Positions 51,330 to 63,085 of a stretch of 64,000 nt of DNA are shown here, in pieces (position 1 is the stretch's first letter; every line of letters begins with the position of its first letter). The stretch is from Sphyrna mokarran (Eukaryota), in contig JAGIQG010000004.1 in assembly GCA_024679065.1 (NCBI GenBank), positions 130,634,001 to 130,698,000 of the forward strand, in the 5' to 3' direction. The notes below the pieces were generated by a model. The model did no database searches and was not told the origin of the DNA. It worked only from the letters and a program-made list of their open reading frames with translations. The position numbers and the translations under genes were made by a program.

Positions 51330-54300
51330 CACCCATTACTGGGACAAAGGGATTCCATTTCCGCTGTGGTTGTCTCACTCTCTAACAACTACACCGTTTT
51401 GCATACTTTTGGGAGGGTATGACCTATTGGGGATAATAGTAGCAGCAGGCAGAGCGTGGCACCACCACTGACTGTATTGTTAAGCAGGTAGGGACAAAAA
51501 GTTATAGGGGACTCTAGTTAGGGGACAGATCTCTGTGGGTATGAGAGACTTTAAGATGGTATGTCGCTTCCCTAGTGCCAGGATCCAGGATGTTTCTGAA
51601 CAGGCAGAAGGGAGAGGGTACATATTGGTACTGTCATACTGACATAGGGAGGAAGGCTGATGAGGTCTTGCAGTAGTAGTTTAGGGAGTTAGGTAGGAAC
51701 TTAAAAAGCAGGACCTCTTAGCTTGTAGTCTCAGGATTACTCCCTGTGCCACATGCCAGTGAGACTAGAAATAAGAGAATGCAGTTCAACACATGGATAA
51801 ACAGCTGGTGTCGGAGGAAGGGTTTCAGATATCTGGACCCTTCTAGGACAGGTTGCATCTAAACTGGAAGGGCATAAATATTCTGACTCGGAGGTTCGCC
51901 ATTGTCACGTGGGAGGATTTAAATTAGCTTGGTAGGGGATGGGAAACAAAGCAAAAGTGAATTAACTGAAGGAGAACAGAGAGTAGGGCCAGTAAGACTC
52001 AAAGAGCAGACAGGGTGTGGTTGCTAGTCAAAGAGGGTCTTGTGGACTGAAGTGCATTTGTTTTAATGCAAGAAATGTAACAGGTAAGGCAGATGAACTT
52101 AGAGCTTGGATTAGTACTAGGAACAAAGATGTTGTTGCTATTAGAGACTTGATTAAGGACAGGATAGGATTGGCAGCTTAACATTCCAGGATACAAATGT
52201 TTCAGATGTGATAGAGGGGGATATAAAAGGGGTAGAGAAGTTGCATTACTGGTTAAGGAGAATATCACAGCTGTACTCCAGGAGGACACATCAGAGGGTT
52301 CATGCAGCGAGCTAATATGGGTAGAGCTCAGGAATAGGAAGGGTGTAGTCACAATGTTAGCGATTTACCATAGGCCACTCAACAGCCAGCAGGAGATAGA
52401 GGAATAAATATGTAGGGAGATTTTGGTAAGGTGCAAAAGTAACTGAGTTGTTGTGGTGGGAGATTTTAACTACATCTATATTGGCTGTGACCCACTTAGT
52501 TCTAGAGTTGTGGATGGGATAGAGTTTGTAAGGAGCATCCAGGAGGGCTTCTTGAAACAGTATGTAGATAGTCCAACTAGTGAAGAGCCATACTAGACCT
52601 GATATTGGGGAATGAGCTGACCAGGTGGTCTATGTTTTAGTAGGGGAGCAGTTAAGGAACAGTGACCACAATTCAGTAAGCTTTAAAAGGTTCTGATGGA
52701 TAAAGTATAGCCTTCAAGTTAAGGTGCTAAACTAGAGGAGCACTAATTACAATAATATTGGACAGGAACTGAATGTAGATTGGGGCAAATGTTTGAGAGG
52801 AAATTAATATCTGGCATGTGGGAAGCTTTCATGTACGAATTGAGAGAGATTCAGGACCTGCACATTTCTGTAACGATGAAGGATAAGTATGTCAAGAACT
52901 CTGGATAACAAGAAATATTGTGAGCCTAGTCAGAGATAAAGGAAGCATCTGTCAAGGCTTGGAAGCTGGGAACACACAAAGCAAGTGTAAAGTAAAGTAC
53001 AAGGAAAGTAGAAAGTAGTAAGGAGGGCTAAAAGAAGCCATGAAAATCATTGGTCAGCAGGATTAAGGAAATCAAGGCTATGCACATAAAAAGAAAGAGG
53101 GTAGCTAGGGAGAGGGTTGGTCCACTCAAGATAAGGAGATAATTTATGCATGGAGCTACAGGAAATAGGCGAGATATTAAATGAGTACTTTCCATCAGTG
53201 TTCACTAAAGACGACAACTTGGTGGATGAAGAATCTGGGAAAGGGTGTATAAATAGTTTGAATCATGTTGAGATCAAAAAGGTGGTATTGAGAAACATAA
53301 GGTAGACAACTCCCCTTGGCCTGATGGGATATATCCCAAAATACAGAGACAAGGGAGGAAATTACTGGGGCCTTGAGAGAAATCTTTGTATCCTCACTGG
53401 CTACAGGGGAGATCCCAGAGGAGGTCCCAGAGGATTGGAGAATAGCCAATGTTATTCCTTTGTTTAAGAAGAGTAGCAAGAATAATCCAGGTAATTACAG
53501 GCCGATAAGCCTTACACTGGTGGTAGGGAAATCATTAGACAGAATTCTTTGAGACAGGATTTACTTCCACTTTGATGTAAGCAGATGTATTAACAACAGG
53601 CAACATGGTTTTGAGAAGGGGAGATCATGTTTCACTAACTTGACAGTTTTGAGGAAGTGGTGAAGATGACTGATGAGAGTAGGGCAGTGGATGTTGTCGA
53701 CACGGACTTCAGTAAAGTCTTTAACAAGATCCTCACGGCACAATGGTGCAGAAGCTGAAGTCACATGGGATCAGAGGTGAGCTGGCAAGGTCGATACAGA
53801 ACATGCTCAGTCATAGAAGACAGGGTAGCAGTGAAGGATGCATTTCTGAATGGAGGGCTGTAACAAGTGGTGTTCCTCAGGAATCAGTGCAGAGACCTTT
53901 CACACACACACACACATACATATATATATAAAAAAATGATTGGAGGAAAATATAACTGGTTTGATTTGTAAGTTTGTGGAATGCACAACAGTTAGTGGGT
54001 TTGCCGATAACGATGAGGACCACCAAAGGATACAGCAGACTATAGATCGATTGGAGGCTTAGGCAGAATGATGGCAGATGGAGTTTAATCTGGACAAATG
54101 TGAGGTAACGCATTAAGGAAGGTCTAATGCAGATAGGAAATATATAGTAAATGGCAGAACCCTTAAGAGTATTGATAGGCAGAGGGATCTGGGTATACAG
54201 GTACCCAAGTCACTAAAAGTGGAAATGCAGGTGGAGAAGGTAGTCAAGATAGCATACATGCTCGCCTTCATCAGCTGGGGCATTGAGTTTAAAAACTGGC

Positions 54301-54865
54301 AAGTCATGCTGCAGCGTTATAGAACCTTAATTAGGCCACACTAGAAATACAGAGTTCAATTCTGGTAGCCACACTACCAGAAAGATGGAGGTTTTGGAGA
54401 GGTTACAGAAAAAATTTGCCAGGATGTTGCCTGGTGTGGAGGGCATTAGCTATGAGGAGAGGTTGAAGAAACTTGGTTTGTTTTCATTGGAACGACAAAG
54501 ATTGAGGGGCGACCTGATAGAAGTCTACAAGATTGAGGGGCCTGGACAGAGTGGATAGTCAGAAGCTTTTTCCCCCAGTGTGTAAGAGTTAATTACTAGG
54601 GGACATAGGTTTAAGGTGCGGGGGGCAAGGTTTAAAGATGTATGAGGTAAACAGAGGGTGACGCATGTCTGGAACTTGCTGCCAAGGGAGGTCGTGGAAG
54701 CAGATACAATGAGTTCTAAGGTTCATCTGGAAAAATGCACGGATAGGATGGGAATAGACGGATTACAGTCCTCAGAAGGGTAAGTGTTTAGTTCAGTCGG
54801 ATAGCATGGTCAGTGCAAGCTTGGAGGACCACAAGGGCCTTTTCCTGTGCTGTAACATTCTTCAT
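51330..54865 (+). mobile_element. Decayed near-full-length CR1 including the ORF1 SGNH/GDSL esterase region and ORF2
   Basis: IGDS (ataggggactct ~51504), HIGT, LHLNWKG..IL, then endonuclease, RT and 3' UTR remnants. Confidence 0.88.
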
Positions 54866-55190
54866 TCACTTTTACTGTATGCAATTCACAATGCACCAAA
54901 TGAATCTACCAGACTTAGATTTGAACTAGTTCGTGGACATACATTTAGAGAACCACAAATTAATTCAAGAAGAGCTTAAATAATTCAAAAGATACATTTC
55001 TAGACTATATCTCAACTTTCAGAGAAAGACTATGAGGCTTTTAACTTGGCAAAACCATTTATAGACAACACAGCAAGGAATAAAAACAGTAGCTGATATG
55101 AAAGCAGAGGCTAGAAGTTTTGTATCAGGAGAAAAAGTACTGTCTCATTATCAGTATGAGAAGAACCACTGAAAACCAGATTTAGTGGAC

Positions 55191-55478
55191 CATAGAATCC
55201 CTACAGTACAGGACGATAACATTTGAACCATCGAGTCTGTACCGACCACACAGGTCCTATTCCCCTTAATTTATCCTACTAATCCCCCTGTCATTAGGGT
55301 CAATTTAGCATGACCAATCAACCTAACCTGCACATCTTTGGACTGTGGAAAGAAACCGGAGCACCCAGAGGAAACCAAGCAAACATGGGGAGGGTGTGCA
55401 AACACACAGTCACCCGAGGCTGGAACTGAACCCAAGTCAATATGTTGTAAGCCAGCAGTGCTGACCATCGCGCCACCT
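55191..55478 (-). mobile_element. HE1-like V-SINE
   Basis: gaaaccggagcacccagaggaaacc V core; tRNA-like head at the right end; catagaatccctacagt tail. Confidence 0.88.
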
Positions 55479-55696
55479 TACCACCCTCATCAAATTGAAT
55501 AGAAACTAAAATGATGTAAATTAGTTGATATACACACATCAACATGATTAAAAGGTATTGGGAGAGAAGGTGAGGACTTACTGGTCAAAAAGCAAAAAGA
55601 AAATTAAGTATTAAATTTTAAAACAGCAAATTCCCTCAAATGCAACTGGGTAATAAGGAAGTCAAATTGCTGAATAACTTAAATCCTTTCACTCAC

Positions 55697-55841
55697 CATC
55701 TACTTGATGAGGTTTCAGCTTCCTCACCAAATTTCTGTGGACCTGGACGATAGATTCATTAGTCTCCTTATCTTCATCAAGGACCAATTTAGTGGTTATG
55801 GGACATTGCATTGGAGATAACCCTTCTGACACTTGAACCTC
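55697..55841 (-). CDS. ATRX: ATRX exon (exon 16 equivalent): (E)VQVSEGLSPMQCPITTKLVLDEDKETNESIVQVHRNLVRKLKPHQVD(G)
   Basis: Manual translation; CPITTKLVLDED and KLKPHQVDG match ATRX; tandem acceptor ttaCAG|GAG| (start 55841 or 55838); donor |gtgagt. Confidence 0.95.
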
Positions 55842-56639
55842 CTGTAAATTTTAAAAAATTTGAACAACTTAGAAAATACATACTGATGAATTTATAATTT
55901 TGTATGTCACGCAAGAAGTAATTTGCGTACAAATTAGAATATACCATTCAGCCCTTAATTCTGTTCAGCTATTTGACAAGATCAAGTTTGTTTAGAGTAT
56001 GGCTACAACACCACTTTCCTGCCTTGCTCCCTCCTATACCTTGTTGATCAAACCCTCAACTTAATGATCCTGGATTTGAAATGGTTTAGTAAACCATCTC
56101 TGAACTGCTTCTCATGCAATTATGTCCTTTCATAAAGGCACCAAATTGTATACAGCATTCCGAATGTGGCTGCACCAGCAACTTTTATAACTATAGTAAA
56201 ATTTTCCTTTTGAATTCCATTCCCTTTACAATAAATGACAAATTCCATTTGCCCTAATCACCTGCTGCACCTGGATACTAATGTTTTGCAATTCTTGCAA
56301 CAGAACACCCAGATTTTTTTCTAATGAAAATTTCTTTAGCACTAACATAGTATGTTTTTTATTCTTCCTGTCATTGTGGACGAAAACTCATTTCCCTCAC
56401 GTTGTCCTACATGTGCCAAATTTTTGCACAATGAATCTAGTGATATCCCCTTGCAGATTCTATTTCCTCTCGACAACTTACTCTATCCAGCTACCTTGGT
56501 ATCAGCCACATTTACCACATTTAGTTCCATCAAGTAATCAATATAAATTGCAAATAATCAAGAGCCCAGCACCAATTCCTGTGGCATTTTTACGTCTTGC
56601 CAACCTGGAAATGACCTATGTATACACTGCTTCCTGTTA

Positions 56640-56903
56640 AATAGAACATAGAACATTACAGCACAGAACAGGCCCTTCGGCCTTCGATGTTGTGCCGACC
56701 AAAATAAAAAGCAATGCCCCTCCAAACTAAACCATTCCCTTCTCTTCCATATACTTATCAATTAACCTCTTAACCGCCAAACTTGGCACATCAACAACAG
56801 CTGCAGGCAGGGCATTCCACTCCCTAATCACTCTTTGAGTAAAGAACCTACCTCTGATATCCGTCCTATAACTCATACCCCTTAATTTAAAGCTGTGTCC
56901 CCA
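56640..56903 (-). mobile_element. CR1 3' fragment, same subfamily as 1310-1654, nested in older CR1 remnants (~55940-57850)
   Basis: ORF 56727..56912 is nearly identical to ORF 1325..1570. Confidence 0.92.
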
Positions 56904-57287
56904 AATAACCAATTCTCAATCCATGATTACATGTTATCCCCTACACTAGAAGCTCTCATTTTGTGCAGTAACCACTTTATCAAATGTCTTTTCAAAATTT
57001 AAGTACCCCACACCTACAGGTTTTCCTTCATCCAAGTTGCTTGGTACTTCAAGAACTCCAATAAATTAGTCATACACGATTTCTTTTACAAATAAAACCC
57101 CTCTATAAAGATTCCAGCACTCTCCCTACGGCAGATTTTATGCTAACTGGTCTGTAGTTTCCTGATTCCTATCTAGTAATTCCTAGTAAAGGAATTAGTC
57201 GCTAATTTCCAATCCGCAGGGCCCTTTCCAGAATCTAGGAAGTTTAAGTGAAATCATCTATTATCTCAGCGGCTATTTTTAAAACTC

Positions 57288-57366
57288 GGGGGGGGGGGAA
57301 AGAGAGAGAGAGAGAGAAAAAGAGAGAGAGAGAGGGAGAGAGAGAGAGAGAGAGGGAGAGAGAGAG
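57288..57366 (+). repeat. G-run followed by (GA)n microsatellite
   Basis: Direct reading. Confidence 0.95.
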
Positions 57367-57856
57367 TCCATCAGGACCCAGAAACTTCTCAGCTTTTAGT
57401 CCTAATAATCTCAGTCTCCTTTCCGTAATGATAATAACTATTTTGTTTCTCCTTCTTTCACCTCATGATTTCTAATTATTTCTGGGATGTTATTTATATC
57501 CTTTTCCATGAAGGCAGACAAAATATCTGTCCAATTCATCTGCCAGTTCTTTATTTTCCATTATTTTACTGCCCAGAATTTCTTTCTGGAGGGTTAACAC
57601 TTTACTTACTCTTTTCCATTTTAAATGCACGTAGAACTCTTACCATTTGCTTTCTATATTTCTAGCTCGCTTTGTTTCATACTTCAATTTCTCCCCTTTT
57701 TTTTATTAAAAAAGTCCTTCTTTGCTGATCTTTATATTCTATCCCATCTTCTGACATGCTATTAATCTTGTGGAATTGTATTTTTTTTTCTCTTTCAATC
57801 TGATACCAACAGATGATGCATCCTTCCCAAAGACTCACTGGAATAAACTTTTGCTG

Positions 57857-58977
57857 TTGTTGGACATGCCCAGCTTGAAATCCGTGTGTAATTATCAATG
57901 AGCTTTTGTAGTTGCAGAAGCCAATAGGTCAGTGTAGGTTGTTTTCAGTGATGCAGGAGAGTGCTATTTAAATTTATCCATGAAGAACTTACTGAAATCG
58001 TGAATCCTGTTGTCCCATTAAATTTCAAACAAAACAACACTCAAATATCTGCTTCTGTATCTCAATTTATTTCTCAAATTCCTTGCAAATTTTAGGAATT
58101 GTGTGACACTAATCTCAAAAGGCAGTTCTCAAATCTGTTATTTAATTATATGCAAGAAAAATCTGTAACTTTCCATTCCTCCTGTCAAACAAAAACTGTA
58201 GAATTTGTATTATAAACTAATTCACTGCACATAGTTTCCTATAACACTAAACATTCAGAAGCTTTCCTCTACTGTACTTGACAGTATAATTTTCAGCTAA
58301 TATATACATTCATATCAACAAAAAGTTACTGCTACATGTCTTTCAGCAGTAATTTTCAAACTATTTATTTACACATGGGAATTTCTAGATACCTCAAGAT
58401 CGTCAATCCAGTGTTTATAATCCAAATTTAAAAAGCACGACAGCTATTACTGCTGTCTATAGTTGCACTGAAATCTTTTACTCGGTCTTCAAAATCATCA
58501 ACCACTGTACATTCCCAAATCTGAATGTGCTCAAATTTTCTCAAAAATACTCCATACTTTTCCAAATGGAAATATATATTCCTCTGAATCACAATCTTAC
58601 ACTTGTAGAGTTTCTCTAGAGTACAAGATAGAATAAAAATGTGCAGTACAGGTCATCTTGGATTATATTGAAAACACCCCATAACAACTACAATCCTGAA
58701 AACTATTGTTTCATCTGCATGAAAATCAACTACAGGTACTATTTTGATGAGTCACAATACCCTTCAAAGTTTGCCGATTTTTTCCAATGTTTAGTGTTGT
58801 TTTGTTTGAAATCTAATGGGACAACAGGATTCACAATTTCAGTAAGTTTTTCACATGGATGAATTTAAATAGCACTCTCCTGCATCACTAAAAACAACCT
58901 ACGCTTACCTATTGGCTTCTGCAACTACAAAAGCTCATCGATAATTACACAGATTTCAAGCTGGGCATATCCAACAA
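57857..58977. repeat. 185-bp inverted repeat pair (57857-58041 and 58793-58977) with ~750-bp spacer
   Basis: ttgttggacatgcccagcttgaaatc...caaacaaaacaacact is the reverse complement of agtgttgttttgtttg...gatttcaagctgggcatatccaacaa. Confidence 0.93.
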
Positions 58978-59613
58978 TTTAATTTTCCAATTAAGCAAAA
59001 GCCATTTACAATTGGATCATATTTAAAATTCATTTAATCATAATCTATGAATGTCTGAAAAGATATTTAATCTTAATTCCACATAGTTTCTCCAATTTAG
59101 TTGAACAAAATTGGAGAAAATCTGTTACTCTGCCACAAAGAATGTGTTTTAAAATAGTAAAATTTGTACCATGTTATCACTGGTCTCAAATTACACTACT
59201 GACACCAAAACAAGTCTGTTAAGCCTCACTTTCATTTTCTTCCTTTCTCTCCATTTCCAACAGGAAAAAAACTGCTTGTGTTAATTGCGTTTAAAAACCC
59301 ATGAACTGATATGCTAGACTACGTACTTGCAATTACATATTTAAACCAAGATGAAAAAGGCAGTGGCTTCCACTCTGTCAGAAACTTGTGTTCCTTTGAG
59401 GGAGTGTGCATCAATACTCTCCAACGAGATCTTGTGCATAAATTATTTACTCCGACCACATGAAAAGAATTCAATGCTTTGAAATTTCATAATCCACGTT
59501 GTGAAAAGAAAAATCACAAACATCTTAAATGGCAAGCAACGTATTGGACTCCTTGAATTCTACAGATGTATAAACTATGCCCAGACAGTGTATAAATAGA
59601 AAAAATTCAATAC

Positions 59614-59814
59614 CTCTCTCAACTTTTCCCGTTGTTTTTCTCTATCAGCAATGCGTTTTCTTCTATCTTCCTCTTCTTTCAAAGCATTTTGAGTTTCTGT
59701 ACGTAAATTACCATCTTTCAAAATCTTTCTAATCTTTTTTCGACCTTTTCCAGGGGATTTGGAATCATTGTCATTTTCATCACTACCACCGCTACTGTCA
59801 TCTTCAGAATTGCT
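59614..59814 (-). CDS. ATRX: ATRX exon (exon 15 equivalent): SNSEDDSSGGSDENDNDSKSPGKGRKKIRKILKDGNLRTETQNALKEEEDRRKRIADREKQREKLRE
   Basis: ORF 59575..59829; tandem acceptor AAG|CAG|; donor |gtattg; 201 bp, phase 0 to 0. Confidence 0.94.
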
Positions 59815-59922
59815 CTGCTTTTGAAACAAAATGTTGTTATCTGGTTTGAGGCATTTACATTATTATACATGCTTTCAATGAAAAAAACGAGAAAAATTAT
59901 TGGGTAATCTACTAAATATGTT

Positions 59923-61872
59923 TGTGATGATGCTGCACTATTTTGATGTATTTTATGTTTAAAATGGATTGCTTTAAGAGGCAGCATTTTGTTTCAAGAG
60001 TTGATTTGCCTGGTAAACATGAAGATGCTAATGCAACTGATTTTAACTCAGAATTTGTTGTTTTGTAGAGTTAATTGGCTCTTTTATTTGGGTTCTCTTA
60101 GGAGTTTAGATTAGGTTTCCAGTGTCATGAGTGTTTGATTGATGGGTGGAGTCATGTGATTAATGGGAGGAGCTACATTTGCAGGAAACCAGTTTCCTTT
60201 TCATTTTAAAGTACAAGCAGTTGCTACCTGGGCTGCTAGAAGAAAGCAGTTTCTCTATCTTTCTCTTGAGAGAAAGGATTCTGGGAGACAGGATCCACAA
60301 GCATTCAGAGAGGCATGGACTGATTAGGGAGTCAGCGTAGCTTTGAGAGTGCAAAATCATGTCTCAAATTTGATTGTGTTATTTGAAGGGGTAACCAAGA
60401 AGGTGGATGAGGGCAGTGCAGTTATGTACATGGACTTTAGCAAGGCCTTTGACAAGGATCACATGATAGATTACTGCGTAAGGTTAAATCTCATGGGTCC
60501 AGCATGAGATATCCAAATGGATACAAAATTGACTCCTTGCCAAAAGCCAGAGGCTGGTTGTAAAGGGCTGTTTTTCAAACTGGAGGCTGTGACGAGTAGT
60601 GTGCTTCAGGGGTCAGTGCTGGGTCCATTGTTATTTGTCAGTGATATTAATGATTTGGATGAGAATATAGGAGGCATGGTTAGTAAGTTATGATACCAAG
60701 ATTGATGGCATAGTGGATTGCAAAGAAAGTTATCTTCAACTGCAACGGGATCTAGATCAACTGGGCCAGCAGGCTGATGAATGGCAGCTGGACTTTAATT
60801 TAGATAAATGTGAGGTGATGCATTTTGGTCGATTGACAGGGCAGGATTTACTCAGTTAATGGTAGGATAGGGAGAGTTACAGAACAAAGATTTAGGGGCA
60901 CATGTTCATAGTCCTTGAAAGTGGAGGTACAGATAGACAGAATGTGAAGAAGAAATTCAGTATGCCTGGTTTTGTTGGTCAGAACAATGAATACAAGTGT
61001 TAGAACGTCTTGAAGTTGTACAAGATATTGGTACAGCCACACTTGGAATACTATGTAGAGTTCTGATCACCCTATTATATTATTATTAAACTAGAAAGAG
61101 TACAGAAAAGATTTATAGGATGCTAACCAGACTTGGTTTGAGTTATAAGGAGAGGCTGGATAGATTGAGACTTTTTTCTCTGCAGCTGAGAGGTAATCTT
61201 ATAGATGTCTATAAAATAACGAAGGGCACAGATTAGCTTGATAGTCAATGTCTTTTCTCAATTGTAGGGGAGTCTAAAGCTAGAGGGCATAGGTTTAAGG
61301 TCCGAGCAGGAGAGATATAAAAGTGTTCAGACAGGCAATTTTTTTCAGAGAACGGTGAATGTCTGGAATAAGCTGCCAGAAGTAGTAGTAGAGTTGGATA
61401 TAATTGTCTCAAAAAGCATTTAGACAGTTACATGGCTAAGATGGGTTTACAAGGATGTGGGCCAAATGCAGGCAATTGGATTAGCTGAGGGGTTTAACAA
61501 GGGCAGCATGGACAAGTTGGGCCAAAAGGACTGTTTCCATCCTGTAAACCTCTGACCATCTACAGGTGTTTTGAAAGCTTTAAGCCTGGTAACCAAAGTC
61601 AAAGCAAGCCTGTGTGTTTTACTAACTAATTTTACGGAGGTTTAAGTCCATAAGATAAGCACTGCCTCATTGGAAGTCAGTGATACGTTAGCAGTTAAGT
61701 GTTGTTCAATTGTAAAACTTAAGCTAATTATTTTGTTGTAATTAAACTGTGTTGCTAAATAAAGTTTGTCTTGATAGAATCTTCAGTGCATCAGCAGAAA
61801 CACACCTGGAATGCCTCACACTAATGTCAAAATGAAAATTGTTGGGGCTATCTGGTTTCATAATATATCCCT
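59923..61872 (+). mobile_element. Probable Gypsy-type solo LTR (59923-60350 and 61555-61872) split by a CR1 fragment (60352-61555)
   Basis: Starts TGTGATG; promoter-like gggtggagtc/gggaggagc; aataaa near 61758; inner CR1 RT motifs are clear. The LTR call is by resemblance only. Confidence 0.5.
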
Positions 61873-62530
61873 CTAAATCGGCCTCGCAGGTGGAGGAAGT
61901 GGTCAAGAAGGCGTACGGTGTACTGGCCTTCATTAATCGAGGAGTAGAGTTTAGGAGTCAGGAGGTAATGATGCAGCTCTATAAGACTCTTGTCAGACCC
62001 CAGTTGGAGTATTGTGTGCAGTTCTGGTCGCCTCATTATAGGAAGGATATAGAGGCTATTGAGAGAGAGTTCAGAGGAGATTTACAAGGATGCTGCCTGG
62101 ATTGGGAGGCAGGCCTTAAGATAGGTTGAGGGAGCTGGGGACTCTTCCCACTGGAGAGACGTAGGTTGAGAGGCAACCTGATAGAGGTTTATAAAATGTT
62201 GAGAGTGATAGATAGGGTGGACTCTCAGAGACTATTTCCCCGAGCTGAAATGGTCACTACGAAAGGACACAGATTTAAGGTGCAGGGAAGCAAATACAAA
62301 AAGAGATGTCAGGGGTAGGTTTTTCACTCAAGAGGATGGTGAGTGAATGGAACCGACTGCCGGAGGTTGTTGAGGCAAACTCACTGGGGTCTTTTAAGAG
62401 ACTTCTGGATGAGTATAAGGAAAAGAATAGGATAGGGGGTTATAGAAAGGTCTGTGGATTGGTAGATGTGATCGGTGCAACTCGTGGGCCGAAGGGCCTG
62501 TTTGTGCTGAATTGTTCTATGTTCTATTTC
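61873..62530 (+). mobile_element. CR1 3' fragment, same subfamily as 47115-47771
   Basis: ORF 61839..62129 (RPQLEYCVQFWSP); tail gttctatgttcta. Confidence 0.92.
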
Positions 62531-62539
62531 TTATGTTCT

Positions 62540-63085
62540 TATGACCACAATCCCACTGAGGCCTTATCCCCATAGCCTCGTGCATTTACCTTAGCTAGTG
62601 CCCCTGACACTAATGGGCAATTTAACATGGCCGATCCACCTAACCTGCACATCTTTGGACTGTAGCAGGAAACCAGAGCACCCAGAGGGAATCCACACAG
62701 GCATGAAGAGAATGTGCAAACTCCACACAAACAGTGATTCAAGCTGGAAATCAAACCCAAACTGCTAATGTGAGGTGGCAGTACTAGCCACTGTGCCACC
62801 CAGATACTGCGAAAGTCCCCTAGTTGCCACACTTTGTCTATTTGGGTACATTGAGGACAATTTAGCATGGCCAATGCATTTGAAGGAAACCCATGCAGTC
62901 ATGAACATTGAACATAACAGCCCAGTACAGGTCCTTCAGCCCTCAATGTTACACCGACCAGTGGAACCAATCTAATGACCCTCTAATGGGGAGAACATGT
63001 AGACTCTTGAGAGTGACCCAAGCCAGGAATCAAACCTGGGTCCTTGGCACTGTGTGGCAGCAATGCTACCCATTATACCACCCAT
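62540..63085 (-). mobile_element. Two tandem or nested V-SINEs
   Basis: ggaaaccagagcacccagagggaatccacac core; tRNA-like heads ending near 62800 and 63083. Confidence 0.8.

Larger units (their letters stand above)
43950..55570 (+). mobile_element. Fragmented Gmr1-type Ty3/Gypsy internal region (gag, protease, integrase), interrupted by nested CR1s and SINEs
   Basis: Gag KFVQVLPKF..EKAGKQLKWPQE..KFVGKTTDVHASL (~44370-44535); degenerate Zn knuckle RCYYNKLDHIKSECW; protease KILRDTGAS (~45345); GNDLAGSQ; stubs at 47773-47800 and 51247-51305; integrase C-terminus LDYISTFRERL, EPLKTRFSGP, HINMIKRY (54890-55560). Confidence 0.8.

Noticed and set aside
57248-57475. ER-rich ORF
   Set aside because: It is the translation of the (GA)n microsatellite.
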